Shown here piece after piece: positions 44,779-54,350 of a DNA stretch of 64,000 bases. Position 1 is the stretch's first letter; every line of letters starts with the position of its first letter. Source of the stretch: a virus (Duplodnaviria > Caudoviricetes); the IMG/VR virus record IMGVR_UViG_3300032086_004057, positions 1-64,000 of that record; one strand, written 5' to 3'. The translations under genes and the position numbers were made by a program. Below the pieces are notes generated by a model, which did not search any database, was not told the DNA's origin, and worked only from the letters and a program-made list of their open reading frames with translations.

Positions 44779-45853
44779 AGAACACATATTATCTGCGTCT
44801 AGAATAAAAACCTACGAAAGCTGCACTTGGAAATACTGGTGCGGTTACGTGTTAAAGCTACCCAAAACAAAAAATGACGGCAACGTCAGAGGTTCAGCTT
44901 GCCATTTGGTCCTAGAGGTTTTGCTTAATAAAAGACATAAGCAATATATTAAAAAAATAATTAAAGCAAGCAGCATAAAAGTTATCCCCTCCATAGAAAG
45001 ACTAGTAAGAAAATCTTTAAGAAAAGAAGGCGAAGAGTTTTACACTGAAGAAAATGTAGAAATGTGTGATGATATGATAGTTGTAGGACTAACTATCGAC
45101 GACTTCCTTGGAGGCAAAGGCTCAACAATAGACAAACCAGAAGAAGAGTTTTTCCTAGACACTGTTGAAGACCCTGATAAGCCTAGCTACAAAATGATGG
45201 GGTATATAGATAAACCAGTTCAATTTAAAAGAGGTAAAAGACTTAAAATTATCGACTACAAAACCAACGCTAAACTCTTTGCGCCAGATGAAATAGACTA
45301 TAACCCTCAAGCGTTCGCTTATTTACTAGCCGCAAAAAAAGTTTGGCCTAAGTTAACTGACACTTCCATTGAGTTTCATTTTTTAAGGTACCCAGAAGAA
45401 GCCATAATTGAAATAAAATATACAGATGATCAACTCGAAGGCTTTGAGTATTATTTGGAGCATTTGTACAATCTATTTAACAATTACACAGAGAAAGATG
45501 CCACAAGTAATTTCGCGAGAAATCGAGGATTCCCAGAGGACTCAGATAAAGAAGGGTTCGTTAAACGCCTGAATTGCGGATTTGCTGACTACGTGGGGCA
45601 CAAAAAGAAGGATGGTAGCACTCGCTGGTTCTGTGAGTACAAGTTTGCTTACGACTACTATGCGGTAGTAGACAAAGAAGGGAACACGCTGTATAGCTCT
45701 AAAAATAAAAAAGACCTACAGCCTAAAAGCGGTGAAAAAATAGTCAAAAAACACTACGCAGGTTGCCCAGCTTGGCCCGAACTAAACAAAGCTACAGATC
45801 AAAACCCAGAGGAAGATAAAGAAGATAATAACCCCGAAGACTTCCCTTTTTAA
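44771..45853 (+). CDS. PD-(D/E)XK exonuclease (RecB/Cas4-like)
   Basis: LSASRIKTY.SC..KY, GYIDK..IIDYKT..Q...Y; acidic C-terminus PEDFPF. Confidence 0.85.
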   Translation: MSKEHILSASRIKTYESCTWKYWCGYVLKLPKTKNDGNVRGSACHLVLEVLLNKRHKQYIKKIIKASSIKVIPSIERLVRKSLRKEGEEFYTEENVEMCDDMIVVGLTIDDFLGGKGSTIDKPEEEFFLDTVEDPDKPSYKMMGYIDKPVQFKRGKRLKIIDYKTNAKLFAPDEIDYNPQAFAYLLAAKKVWPKLTDTSIEFHFLRYPEEAIIEIKYTDDQLEGFEYYLEHLYNLFNNYTEKDATSNFARNRGFPEDSDKEGFVKRLNCGFADYVGHKKKDGSTRWFCEYKFAYDYYAVVDKEGNTLYSSKNKKDLQPKSGEKIVKKHYAGCPAWPELNKATDQNPEEDKEDNNPEDFPF

Positions 45854-45881
45854 TTGACGTTTTTTAAAAAAAATAGTATCA
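45853..45881 (+). promoter_or_regulatory. sigma70-type promoter
   Basis: TTGACG-N17-TATCAA upstream of the PHP gene. Confidence 0.55.
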
Positions 45882-45888
45882 ATCTTCC

Positions 45889-46674
45889 ATGAGCGTTATA
45901 CCTCTGTTTAAATCTCAGTACAGCATTGGTAAATCAATTTTAACTTTACAAAAAGCTGGGGAATCAATCAAAGATGGTCCAGACTCCATCATAGACATTT
46001 GTTTAGATCATAAATTAGATTCATTTTTTCTAATCGACGATGGCATGTCTGGCTTTCTTGAGGGGTATGTAAACTCAAAAGAGTCCAAAGTGAAAATGAT
46101 CTTTGGGCTTAGACTCACTATTTGCGAGGATATGGAGACGAAGAACGAGGAAAGTCTGAACTCGTGCTGTAAATATATAATTATAGCAAAGAACACTCAG
46201 GGGTATAAAAGACTTATCAAAATTTACTCCAAAGCAGCTACAGATGGTTTCTATTATGTGCCCAGAATAGATTTTAAAAATCTTTCAGAATTTTGGGACG
46301 ATAAAGATTTGCAATTAGTTGTACCGTTTTACGACTCCTTTATACACAGAAATTATTTAGAGGATAGCTTGTGCCCACCCCCACCAACAAAATTTAAAAT
46401 TGATTTTATAAAAGAAGATAATAACCTTCCATTCGATGATATTTTGTCTGAAAAAATAGACTCCTACATCAAAAAAACAAAATCCTCAAAAGGCTTCAAT
46501 ATAATTAAAGGGCAAAGTATTTTCTATAAAAATAAAAAGGACTTTAAAGCTTACTTAACGTTCAAGGCGATAAACGCAAGAACCACGCTTGGAAAACCAA
46601 ATTTAGAACACATGGCTAGTGATGAATTTTGTTTCGAAAGCTGGATGGAGAAAAACAATGAAAAAACTTCTTAG
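45889..46674 (+). CDS. PHP domain of DNA polymerase III alpha (stand-alone)
   Basis: KSQYSIGKS, KMIFG and IIAKNTQGYKRLIKIYS..ATDGFYYVPRID. Confidence 0.85.
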   Translation: MSVIPLFKSQYSIGKSILTLQKAGESIKDGPDSIIDICLDHKLDSFFLIDDGMSGFLEGYVNSKESKVKMIFGLRLTICEDMETKNEESLNSCCKYIIIAKNTQGYKRLIKIYSKAATDGFYYVPRIDFKNLSEFWDDKDLQLVVPFYDSFIHRNYLEDSLCPPPPTKFKIDFIKEDNNLPFDDILSEKIDSYIKKTKSSKGFNIIKGQSIFYKNKKDFKAYLTFKAINARTTLGKPNLEHMASDEFCFESWMEKNNEKTS

Positions 46675-47293
46675 GTACAACAAAGATAAAGAGTTTGTCT
46701 TTATAGATTGCGAAACGTTCAATTTGTGTTTGAATTTTACGCACAATCTGCCTTGGCAAATCTCAATGATAAAAGTCAAAGGTGATGAAATGACCGCTTT
46801 TAAGGATTTCTACATAAAGTGGGATACGCATCTAAAGATTGGCGCAGAGGCCGCTAGAATAACAAGATACAGCCAAAAAAAGATGGACCAGAAAGGCGTG
46901 TCTCCTGAAAAAGTTTATCCGACTATTAAAGATTGGCTAGACAATGCAGATTACGTAGTAGGGCACAACATATTAGGTTTTGATATTTATTTAATTAAAG
47001 GCTTATATGAATACATGGGCGACGATTATAAACCTTTAGTAAAAAAATTAATTGATACGAATTGCATCGCTAGAGGTTTAAAAACTGATAAGACATACGA
47101 TAATAAATCAGATTTCCTTGAGTATCAATATAAAATCATGAGCAAAAGAGTTAAAGGAGTAAGAACTAATCTTACCGCACTTGGGAAAGAATATAATATT
47201 TCTCATGATTACGAAAAACTTCATGATGCTCTAGTCGATTTAGAGTTAAACCTAAAAGTGTGGAACAAACTGAAGTGGGAAATTGATCTTTGA
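46619..47293 (+). CDS. DEDDh 3'-5' exonuclease (DnaQ-like)
   Basis: FIDCET, VGHNILGFD and LHDALVD; the true start is probably MKKLLRY at about 46658. Confidence 0.9.
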   Translation: MMNFVSKAGWRKTMKKLLRYNKDKEFVFIDCETFNLCLNFTHNLPWQISMIKVKGDEMTAFKDFYIKWDTHLKIGAEAARITRYSQKKMDQKGVSPEKVYPTIKDWLDNADYVVGHNILGFDIYLIKGLYEYMGDDYKPLVKKLIDTNCIARGLKTDKTYDNKSDFLEYQYKIMSKRVKGVRTNLTALGKEYNISHDYEKLHDALVDLELNLKVWNKLKWEIDL

Positions 47294-48153
47294 GTAAATT
47301 AGAGGACAATTTACTTCACGTTCATTCACCGTGTGGTTTTTGGGGTGATCAAATGCTGTTTCTGTTTTCAGCTTATTACCACATGGAGAGTCAAAAAAAA
47401 GATGGCGTTATAATTCATACGGGTAAAGACCTATGGAATACTCACGCTGGCATATATAGCCCCGCTCAAAAAAACATTTTTCATTTTTGGAGTTGTTTTG
47501 ATTTTGTAAAAGGCATAATCTTTGACATGAATCAAAGGGGCTTAAATCAAGATGCCGAAAAAAGTTTATATAATGTTTTCCCATTATTGAATCACTATTA
47601 TGAAGATGATGAATATAAATTAGATATAAGTAAAAAAATTAATTTTAATTTATTTCCAAGTAGATTTGAAAACGCTTACACAAAAAAAATAGCAGTTTTT
47701 CAGCCTGTTTCCTTGGCGAATAAGCCAGAGCAGTTTAAGCAAGACTTTATATGCAAGTTGAGCGAAACAATTAAAACCGTTGCTGAAAAGGGCTATACGA
47801 TAATTGCTATAGGGTCAGCTTCTGATAGAGAGCATTACGAAGCACTTTATCATGACACGCCTTATCAACACAAAATAGTAGAATTGTTTGATAAAATCAA
47901 TATGTTTCAAGCTATAGATTTAGTTATGAATCACGCTGAACTTGTTGTGTCCTGCTGTAGCTGGTCTGGGTGGTACGGCATAGCCTCAAGAACAAAAACT
48001 GTGATGGCTTTAGGCCCACTGATGGAAAAAGGAAAACCAGATGAAAAATACGTTAACTTAATGAAAAATAAAGACATATTTTTTATGGATTATTCCTCAA
48101 AAAAAGAGCAAACTGACCTTAGCATTTCTAATTGGATAGCAAATAACGTATGA
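47290..48153 (+). CDS. GT9-like glycosyltransferase-related protein (TTG start)
   Basis: GFWGDQ; IAVFQP; QAIDLVMNHAELVVSCCSWSGW..IASRTKTV. Confidence 0.45.
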   Translation: MSKLEDNLLHVHSPCGFWGDQMLFLFSAYYHMESQKKDGVIIHTGKDLWNTHAGIYSPAQKNIFHFWSCFDFVKGIIFDMNQRGLNQDAEKSLYNVFPLLNHYYEDDEYKLDISKKINFNLFPSRFENAYTKKIAVFQPVSLANKPEQFKQDFICKLSETIKTVAEKGYTIIAIGSASDREHYEALYHDTPYQHKIVELFDKINMFQAIDLVMNHAELVVSCCSWSGWYGIASRTKTVMALGPLMEKGKPDEKYVNLMKNKDIFFMDYSSKKEQTDLSISNWIANNV

Positions 48154-50780
48154 GCACTTATACTGACAACTTTGAAGAGCTTGATTTAAAACTTCACGGA
48201 GTTAGGTTGCCTAATTTTGAAATCACTAATACCCAAAAACAAGATGTAAAAATCAGTGAAGACTCAAATAATTTTTCTTTCCTTAGAGCTCTTTGCGAGA
48301 AAGGTATGCAAGATAAAAACCTAAAAGGTAAAGCGTATCAAGAGAGAATGGAATACGAGCTACAAACTCTGGAGGAGCTCGGATTTACTGATTATATTTT
48401 ATTAGTTTGGGACGTTACCAACTTTTGCAAAAGAAATAAAATCGCCATTGGTCTAGGAAGAGGCAGCGCTGCGGGTTGTTTAGTTTTATATTTAATTGGT
48501 TCGACAAATATTGACCCAATCAAATATGAACTATTTTTCGAAAGGTTTGTATCCAAGGTAAGAGCCAAAAAGAAAGTAGTAAACGGTGTAACTTACCTTG
48601 ATGGCTCCTTAATGGTTGATGTTGACATTGATGTATGCTATCACGGCAGACAAGAAGTGTTGAAATATTTAAATGAAAAATTCTCTGGTAAAACGAGCAA
48701 AGTATTAACTCTAACGACTCTAAGTTCTAAACTCCTAATTAAAGAATGCGGTAAAATTATTGCGGAGGAAAACGAACAGGAGATGAACAAGGTGTCCGCG
48801 ATGATCCCAAAATTGTTTGGTTCTGTAAAAGATATCTCGGAAACCTATGATGAAGTAGAAGAGTTTAAAGAGTGGGTTGACTCTTCAGAAATAAGAAAAG
48901 AAACATATAAGACTGCGTTAAAGATTAGAAATCTTGTCAAAAACAAAGGTATTCACGCTTCCGCTATTGCTATTTGCTATGATAATCTAGAAGACTCGTG
49001 TCCTAGCGAGCTAACCTCAGAGGATAAAGACAAATCAAAGTCTAAGTCGTTTGCTAAAAAAGCTGTGGTGTCTTCATATGAAATGGATTTTGTTTCCATT
49101 TCTAACGTCAAATTGGATATCCTTGGTCTTAGGTGTGTGTCTGTGGTTGATGACGTTTGTAATTTAATTGGCATAGATAAAGAGGACATCAACCTAAACG
49201 ACCCATTTATTTACCAAAATCTTCAAGACCTTAAAAATCCACATGGCTTATTTCAAATAGAAGCTGACACCAATTACAAAGTATGCCAAAAAGTAAAACC
49301 TAAAAATCTAGAAGAATTAAGTGGTGTGCTCGCTCTAGCTAGACCAGGTGCGCTTTCATACGTTGATCAATATGCGAACTACACCAACAATGGCGTTGAA
49401 GAGGCTATTCACCCATTCTTTGACGATATATTGTCTTACAGCGGTGGTGTAGCTCTATATCAAGAGCAGCTAATGAAAATGGCTCATAAAATTGGCTTTA
49501 CCCTCGATGAAGCGGAAATACTTAGAAGAATTGTAGGTAAGAAAAAGGTATCAGAAGTAAAAAAGTGGAAAAAGAAGATTTCTGAAAAGATTAAACAAAA
49601 TAATCTTGATGAAAAAATTGGTGATGTCTTATGGAAAGTTTTAGAAGATTCAGCGAACTATTCTTTTAACAAGTCCCACTCAATTGCTTACGCTGCCTTG
49701 GCTGCTATTACTATCTACTTGAAGTTTAAATACCCAAAAGAGTTTTTCTTGGCTTTGCTTAAAATGAGTCGCTATGAATCGGAGCCCATAAAAGAGATAT
49801 CTAAAATCAATAGAGAGATGAATGATGCTGGGGTTAAACTTTTACCACCTCACTTAATTAAGTCTGAAATGGATTTTTCTATTGAGGAAGAAGGAATTAG
49901 GTTTGGCTTACTTTCAATTAAAGGCGTTTCAGACAAGTCGATTGAGAAGCTAAATAAATTTAAAAATAAATACTCCACTAAGTTTCAAGTATTTGAAGCC
50001 GCAAGTAAGTCTGGTATTGGTATAGGAATCTTATCCGCACTTATCCAAGCTGGTACGTTTGAAGGATTTTCTCAAAGTAGGACAACAGTTGTTTACGAAG
50101 CGCAAATATGGAGCATTTTAACTAAAACTGAAAAAACTTTAGTTCATAAGTTTGCAGAGAAGTTTGATTATGATTTAGTGAAGACTGTTAAATACTTGTA
50201 TTCGAACTACGAAATTAAAAACGGAAAAGAAAAGCCGTATATAAAAGATTCAAGAAAGCAAACTATAAAAAAGAAAACAGAAAAGTATAGTTTAATTTAT
50301 AAACAAAATAAAAAATCTGAAAGGTTTGCAAACTGGTTCTACGAAAACCAATTACTTGGCTATACTTACGGGGTTAGACTTATTGACATATGGAAAAATG
50401 TCACAAATAATCTTGTTACAATTAATACGGTAAAAAACTCCCCAATGGATAGCAGAGTTAAGTTTATTGGCTTTGTGGATGGCAAACCATACAGAGGTAC
50501 ATCTAGAAACGGTAACCCATATTTAAGACTTGAAGTTTCTGACGAAAATAAGCAAACTAAAGTTATGATCTTTAATGATAAAATGTGGAACGCGATTGGC
50601 AAAGACGCTAGAAACATGCCAAAGTCTGGAGAAATAGTGATAGTAAAAGGCGTCGTAAAGGACGAGTGCGTATTCGCTGACGAAATGTACACTCAAAGAA
50701 AAAATAGCATATACACAAAGTTATCAGACTTGAAAGATAAAAACTTAAACAGCTTGACAAATGAAAAAGATATCGTATAA
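48150..50780 (+). CDS. dnaE: DNA polymerase III alpha catalytic subunit (lacks the PHP N-terminus)
   Basis: GRGSAAG, LFFERF, DVDID, KLDILGL, YQEQLM, YSFNKSHS, IRFGLLSIKGV and an OB fold. Confidence 0.96.
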   Translation: MSTYTDNFEELDLKLHGVRLPNFEITNTQKQDVKISEDSNNFSFLRALCEKGMQDKNLKGKAYQERMEYELQTLEELGFTDYILLVWDVTNFCKRNKIAIGLGRGSAAGCLVLYLIGSTNIDPIKYELFFERFVSKVRAKKKVVNGVTYLDGSLMVDVDIDVCYHGRQEVLKYLNEKFSGKTSKVLTLTTLSSKLLIKECGKIIAEENEQEMNKVSAMIPKLFGSVKDISETYDEVEEFKEWVDSSEIRKETYKTALKIRNLVKNKGIHASAIAICYDNLEDSCPSELTSEDKDKSKSKSFAKKAVVSSYEMDFVSISNVKLDILGLRCVSVVDDVCNLIGIDKEDINLNDPFIYQNLQDLKNPHGLFQIEADTNYKVCQKVKPKNLEELSGVLALARPGALSYVDQYANYTNNGVEEAIHPFFDDILSYSGGVALYQEQLMKMAHKIGFTLDEAEILRRIVGKKKVSEVKKWKKKISEKIKQNNLDEKIGDVLWKVLEDSANYSFNKSHSIAYAALAAITIYLKFKYPKEFFLALLKMSRYESEPIKEISKINREMNDAGVKLLPPHLIKSEMDFSIEEEGIRFGLLSIKGVSDKSIEKLNKFKNKYSTKFQVFEAASKSGIGIGILSALIQAGTFEGFSQSRTTVVYEAQIWSILTKTEKTLVHKFAEKFDYDLVKTVKYLYSNYEIKNGKEKPYIKDSRKQTIKKKTEKYSLIYKQNKKSERFANWFYENQLLGYTYGVRLIDIWKNVTNNLVTINTVKNSPMDSRVKFIGFVDGKPYRGTSRNGNPYLRLEVSDENKQTKVMIFNDKMWNAIGKDARNMPKSGEIVIVKGVVKDECVFADEMYTQRKNSIYTKLSDLKDKNLNSLTNEKDIV

Positions 50781-50782
50781 TT
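50755..50782 (+). promoter_or_regulatory. sigma70-type promoter
   Basis: TTGACA-N16-TATAAT. Confidence 0.7.
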
Positions 50783-50789
50783 AAAAAAT

Positions 50790-51311
50790 ATGAGCTTACA
50801 ATTTTATAAACCCAATCAAAAGTCTACTGGCACAGCTTGTTCATTCTGGAGAAATGCAGACGATAATACGTTCTGGGTAAGCCTTATTAAGCAAGACTCT
50901 TGGAACTCAAAAACTAAAACGGGCTCATTTTCTAAGAATAAAGACAACCCAAAAAAGAGAGCAATTATCAAATTTAGCGATTTAGAAATTGCTGGCGTTA
51001 TTGACGCTATCGAAAGAAATGCTGAGTACAGCGGTTATCATGGTAGCCAAAAGCAAGTTGTAAAGTTCAACTTTAAACCTTACGTAAAAGACGGTAAACA
51101 GCTTGGTTACTCTTTCTCTGTTAATAGGGAAGATAAAGAAGATTCTACAGAAAAGCAGAATTATCTCATTGGTTTTTACTACCCAGAAGCGATGAGACTC
51201 AAAATCTACCTTCAAACCATTCTTTCTGAGAGCTATAAAAACGATTACACTTCTCAGAAGAACTCCCAAAACAAACCAGCTAAAAAAGACGCTGAAGACT
51301 ACGACTTCTAA
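50790..51311 (+). CDS. hypothetical protein, candidate Whirly/PC4-like ssDNA-binding protein
   Basis: Two beta-rich-then-helix repeats; acidic aromatic tail AEDYDF. Confidence 0.45.
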   Translation: MSLQFYKPNQKSTGTACSFWRNADDNTFWVSLIKQDSWNSKTKTGSFSKNKDNPKKRAIIKFSDLEIAGVIDAIERNAEYSGYHGSQKQVVKFNFKPYVKDGKQLGYSFSVNREDKEDSTEKQNYLIGFYYPEAMRLKIYLQTILSESYKNDYTSQKNSQNKPAKKDAEDYDF

Positions 51312-51313
51312 AA

Positions 51314-53188
51314 GTGAGTAGAAAAAAAGTCTTAATCCAAACTGACTTCTCTTTAGTCAAAACGGGCTTTGGTCGTAGTGCTAAGGCTCTTTTATCGTAT
51401 TTATATAAAACTAACAAATATGATCTAGTTCATTTTTGCGTTGGAATGAACGAAGCTTCTCCAGCCCTTCTCCAAACCCCTTGGAAATCTGTCGGAACCC
51501 TCCCTAGTTCTCCAGAAAAATTAGATCAAATTAATAAAGACCCGAAACTAAGTAAAATTGCTCATTACGGGGCTTATTATTTAGATGAAATAATTGAACG
51601 AGAAAAGCCAGATGTTTATATCGCCGCTCAAGACATTTGGGGGGTAGATTTTGCAGTTGGGAAACATTGGTTTAATAAGATTAACTCAGCTATTTGGACA
51701 ACGTTAGATTCGCTACCGCTACTACCAACCGCCGTTGAATTGGCTCCAGAAATAAAAAACTACTGGATGTGGAGCAGTTTCGCAACGGAAGAAATGCATA
51801 GGCTTGGCCACAAACACGTCAAGACTGTCCACGGAATTATCGATACTGACAATTTCAAAAGACTAAAAGACGAAGAAAGAAAATTATTAAGAAAAAGAAA
51901 TAATATAGAAGAAGATGCTTTTGTAATCGGTTTTGTATTTAGAAATCAGTTAAGAAAGTCCGCGCCTAACCTTATAGAAGGATTCAAAAAATTTAAAGAT
52001 AAAAATCCACACATCAAAAACGCAAAACTATTATTACATACAAGCTATCAAGAAGGCTGGGATTTAAGAGCTTTAGCCGATGAGTACAAAGTAAACTGGG
52101 AAGATATTTTAACGACTGTTATTTGCGCTAAATGCAAAAAATACGAGGTAAAATCATTTAAAAGACCAAATGACGAATGTAGATTCTGTGGTACTAAAGG
52201 CTCCGTGAACACCACTGGAGTCGCCTTGGGCGTTTCAGAAATTGAGCTAAATGAAGTCTATAACCTTATGGACGTGTACTGCCACCCGTTTACGTCTGGC
52301 GGTCAAGAAATTCCCATCCAAGAAGCTAAACTTACAGAGTTACCCACTTTAGTAACAAGCTATAGCTGCGGTCAAGAAATGTGTGGCAAAGCAGCAAATT
52401 CATTATCTTTAAATTGGACAGAGTATAGAGAATTTGGAACATCTTTCATTAAAGCTACCACCGACCCGAACCATATAGCTGAAAGACTTGAAGAGGTCTA
52501 CAACATGCCAGACTCTGAAAGGCAAAGAATGGGTAAGGCGGCTAGAAATTGGACTCTTCAAAATTTCTCAGTTCAAAGCGTGGGTAAAGAGATAGAAAAA
52601 TTTATCGACTCCTGCAAAAAAATAAAAGAGTCCGAATACCCAAAACCAGAAAAAAAAGACCCTTATGCAAAAATAGAAAATATACCAAACGCTGTAGACT
52701 GGTTAAAAGCTCTTTACAAAAACATCCTAAAAACTACAGTAACCTCAAAAGACGAGGGTTTACAGTACTGGTTAACCGAATTAAGCAAAGGTGCTAAAGC
52801 GGAACAAATAGAACAATATTTCAGAGATGTAGCTTCTCAAGATAATCAAAAAGCGAGTGATAAATTATTAAAAGATAAATTATCTGATAATAAAAATAGA
52901 ATTTTATACATAATGCCTCTTGATGAAGTTGATATATTTGTTTCCACAAGCTTATTTAAATCTATAAAGGATTTGTACCCCGATCACGATTTATATGTTG
53001 CTTCTCAACCTAAAAATGAACTAATTTTAGCTGCAAATCAATATGTTCATAAATTCTTAAAGTACGAGCAAGCTTTTGAACATTTACATTTACTTAAAGA
53101 TGATCAAGGCGATGATCTTTTTGAGGCTATCTACACGCCTCATTTAAACAAAAATAATTACAATCTCATACACAAAACTAATCTATAA
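51314..53188 (+). CDS. GT4 glycosyltransferase with a Zn-ribbon insert and a DUF4214-like domain
   Basis: TGFGR, FRNQLRK, CAKC..CRFC and GGQEIPIQEA; LYKNIL...DEGLQYW. Confidence 0.8.
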   Translation: MSRKKVLIQTDFSLVKTGFGRSAKALLSYLYKTNKYDLVHFCVGMNEASPALLQTPWKSVGTLPSSPEKLDQINKDPKLSKIAHYGAYYLDEIIEREKPDVYIAAQDIWGVDFAVGKHWFNKINSAIWTTLDSLPLLPTAVELAPEIKNYWMWSSFATEEMHRLGHKHVKTVHGIIDTDNFKRLKDEERKLLRKRNNIEEDAFVIGFVFRNQLRKSAPNLIEGFKKFKDKNPHIKNAKLLLHTSYQEGWDLRALADEYKVNWEDILTTVICAKCKKYEVKSFKRPNDECRFCGTKGSVNTTGVALGVSEIELNEVYNLMDVYCHPFTSGGQEIPIQEAKLTELPTLVTSYSCGQEMCGKAANSLSLNWTEYREFGTSFIKATTDPNHIAERLEEVYNMPDSERQRMGKAARNWTLQNFSVQSVGKEIEKFIDSCKKIKESEYPKPEKKDPYAKIENIPNAVDWLKALYKNILKTTVTSKDEGLQYWLTELSKGAKAEQIEQYFRDVASQDNQKASDKLLKDKLSDNKNRILYIMPLDEVDIFVSTSLFKSIKDLYPDHDLYVASQPKNELILAANQYVHKFLKYEQAFEHLHLLKDDQGDDLFEAIYTPHLNKNNYNLIHKTNL

Positions 53189-54315
53189 TGCAGCTTGCAA
53201 ATGTATACTCGGCTTCGTGCGGCTTAAAGATAGATAAGCCTGAGATTTACGATGTTTATTTTCCCTTTGTAGAGGAAAAGTTTATAACCGTAGACACCGA
53301 TAAAAACAATTATAGTAATTGGCAAGACGTAGCCAACATAATCGGACCGCATTTAAATAAATTAAATATAAAAATTTTTCAACTAGGCGAGCCTGAAAGC
53401 ACTGAAATTCAAGGCGCTCTTAGAACTAACGGCAACCTGAGTGCTGGTCAAAAAAGCTTTTTAATTAAAAAAAGTATGCTTCATGTGTCTAATAATAACT
53501 TAACGGCACAAATACGCGCTAGTTTAAATAAAAAATTAATATGTTTAGCTGAGAGTAAAAAAAGAGCCTTACCTTTTCCAGAAGTCTGGGGTGATAAAAA
53601 CAATCACACTTTTGTGTACCCAGAAAAAAAACAAGACTTTATTAAGCCAGAGAAATTAGCTAAAACCATCTTAAACAATCTAGGTGTAGATTTTCAATCT
53701 GATTACGAAACGGTTTATATTGGTTCAAGGTATAAAGATGGTGTTCAGTTTGTAGAAAATATTCCAACTTCGTTATTTGACCTAAAGAAATACTCTTTAG
53801 ACTCCGTTTTATTGAGAATGGATTTGGAATTTTCTCAAGAAAATTTAATAAAGCAGCTTCAGATTGGAAAAGCTACTATATACACAGATAAAAGTATTGA
53901 CTTGAATCTATTAAACTCGTTAAAAAATAATATAGTAGAAATTATTTATGAAGTAAAAGAAGATAACAGCCCTTCTTTTTGCGAGCAAGTATCTAAACTA
54001 GGAATAAAATGCCATCTTATTTCTAATTTACCTGAAGACAAAATTAATCAATTAAAGCTTCAGTATATGGATATAGGAAACATTTCCAAACAGTATATTT
54101 TCAGCAAAGATTCCTTACCCAATCATGAGTCACTAGATGTGAATAATCTGTATTACAGAAGTAAAAAAATTATTTGTAAAAATGATTCTATGTACCTTTC
54201 TGAAGCGGCACTAGAAAAAGGAATTAAAAGTAATAGTAGTTTTGATGTTCAAAAAGTGATAGATATACCAAGCTTTTGGAAGAATTTGGACGCTTTTTCA
54301 ATTTTAAAAAAGTAA
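53188..54315 (+). CDS. GT9-like hypothetical protein
   Basis: YSNWQDV...IFQLG...FLIKKSMLHVS pattern. Confidence 0.5.
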   Translation: MQLANVYSASCGLKIDKPEIYDVYFPFVEEKFITVDTDKNNYSNWQDVANIIGPHLNKLNIKIFQLGEPESTEIQGALRTNGNLSAGQKSFLIKKSMLHVSNNNLTAQIRASLNKKLICLAESKKRALPFPEVWGDKNNHTFVYPEKKQDFIKPEKLAKTILNNLGVDFQSDYETVYIGSRYKDGVQFVENIPTSLFDLKKYSLDSVLLRMDLEFSQENLIKQLQIGKATIYTDKSIDLNLLNSLKNNIVEIIYEVKEDNSPSFCEQVSKLGIKCHLISNLPEDKINQLKLQYMDIGNISKQYIFSKDSLPNHESLDVNNLYYRSKKIICKNDSMYLSEAALEKGIKSNSSFDVQKVIDIPSFWKNLDAFSILKK

Positions 54316-54344
54316 TTGACCTGAAGTAAAAAGTAGTCCATAAT
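54316..54344 (+). promoter_or_regulatory. sigma70-type promoter
   Basis: TTGACC-N17-CATAAT. Confidence 0.7.
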
Positions 54345-54350
54345 TTATTT

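Noticed and set aside
44771-45853. Cas4 as part of a CRISPR system
   Set aside because: It is a stand-alone PD-(D/E)XK nuclease in a replication operon, with no cas1/cas2 or array
31025-50780. Inteins or introns in NrdA, RecA, DnaB or DnaE
   Set aside because: Protein lengths are ordinary and no C-terminal HN-C/S/T splice or LAGLIDADG motifs were seen
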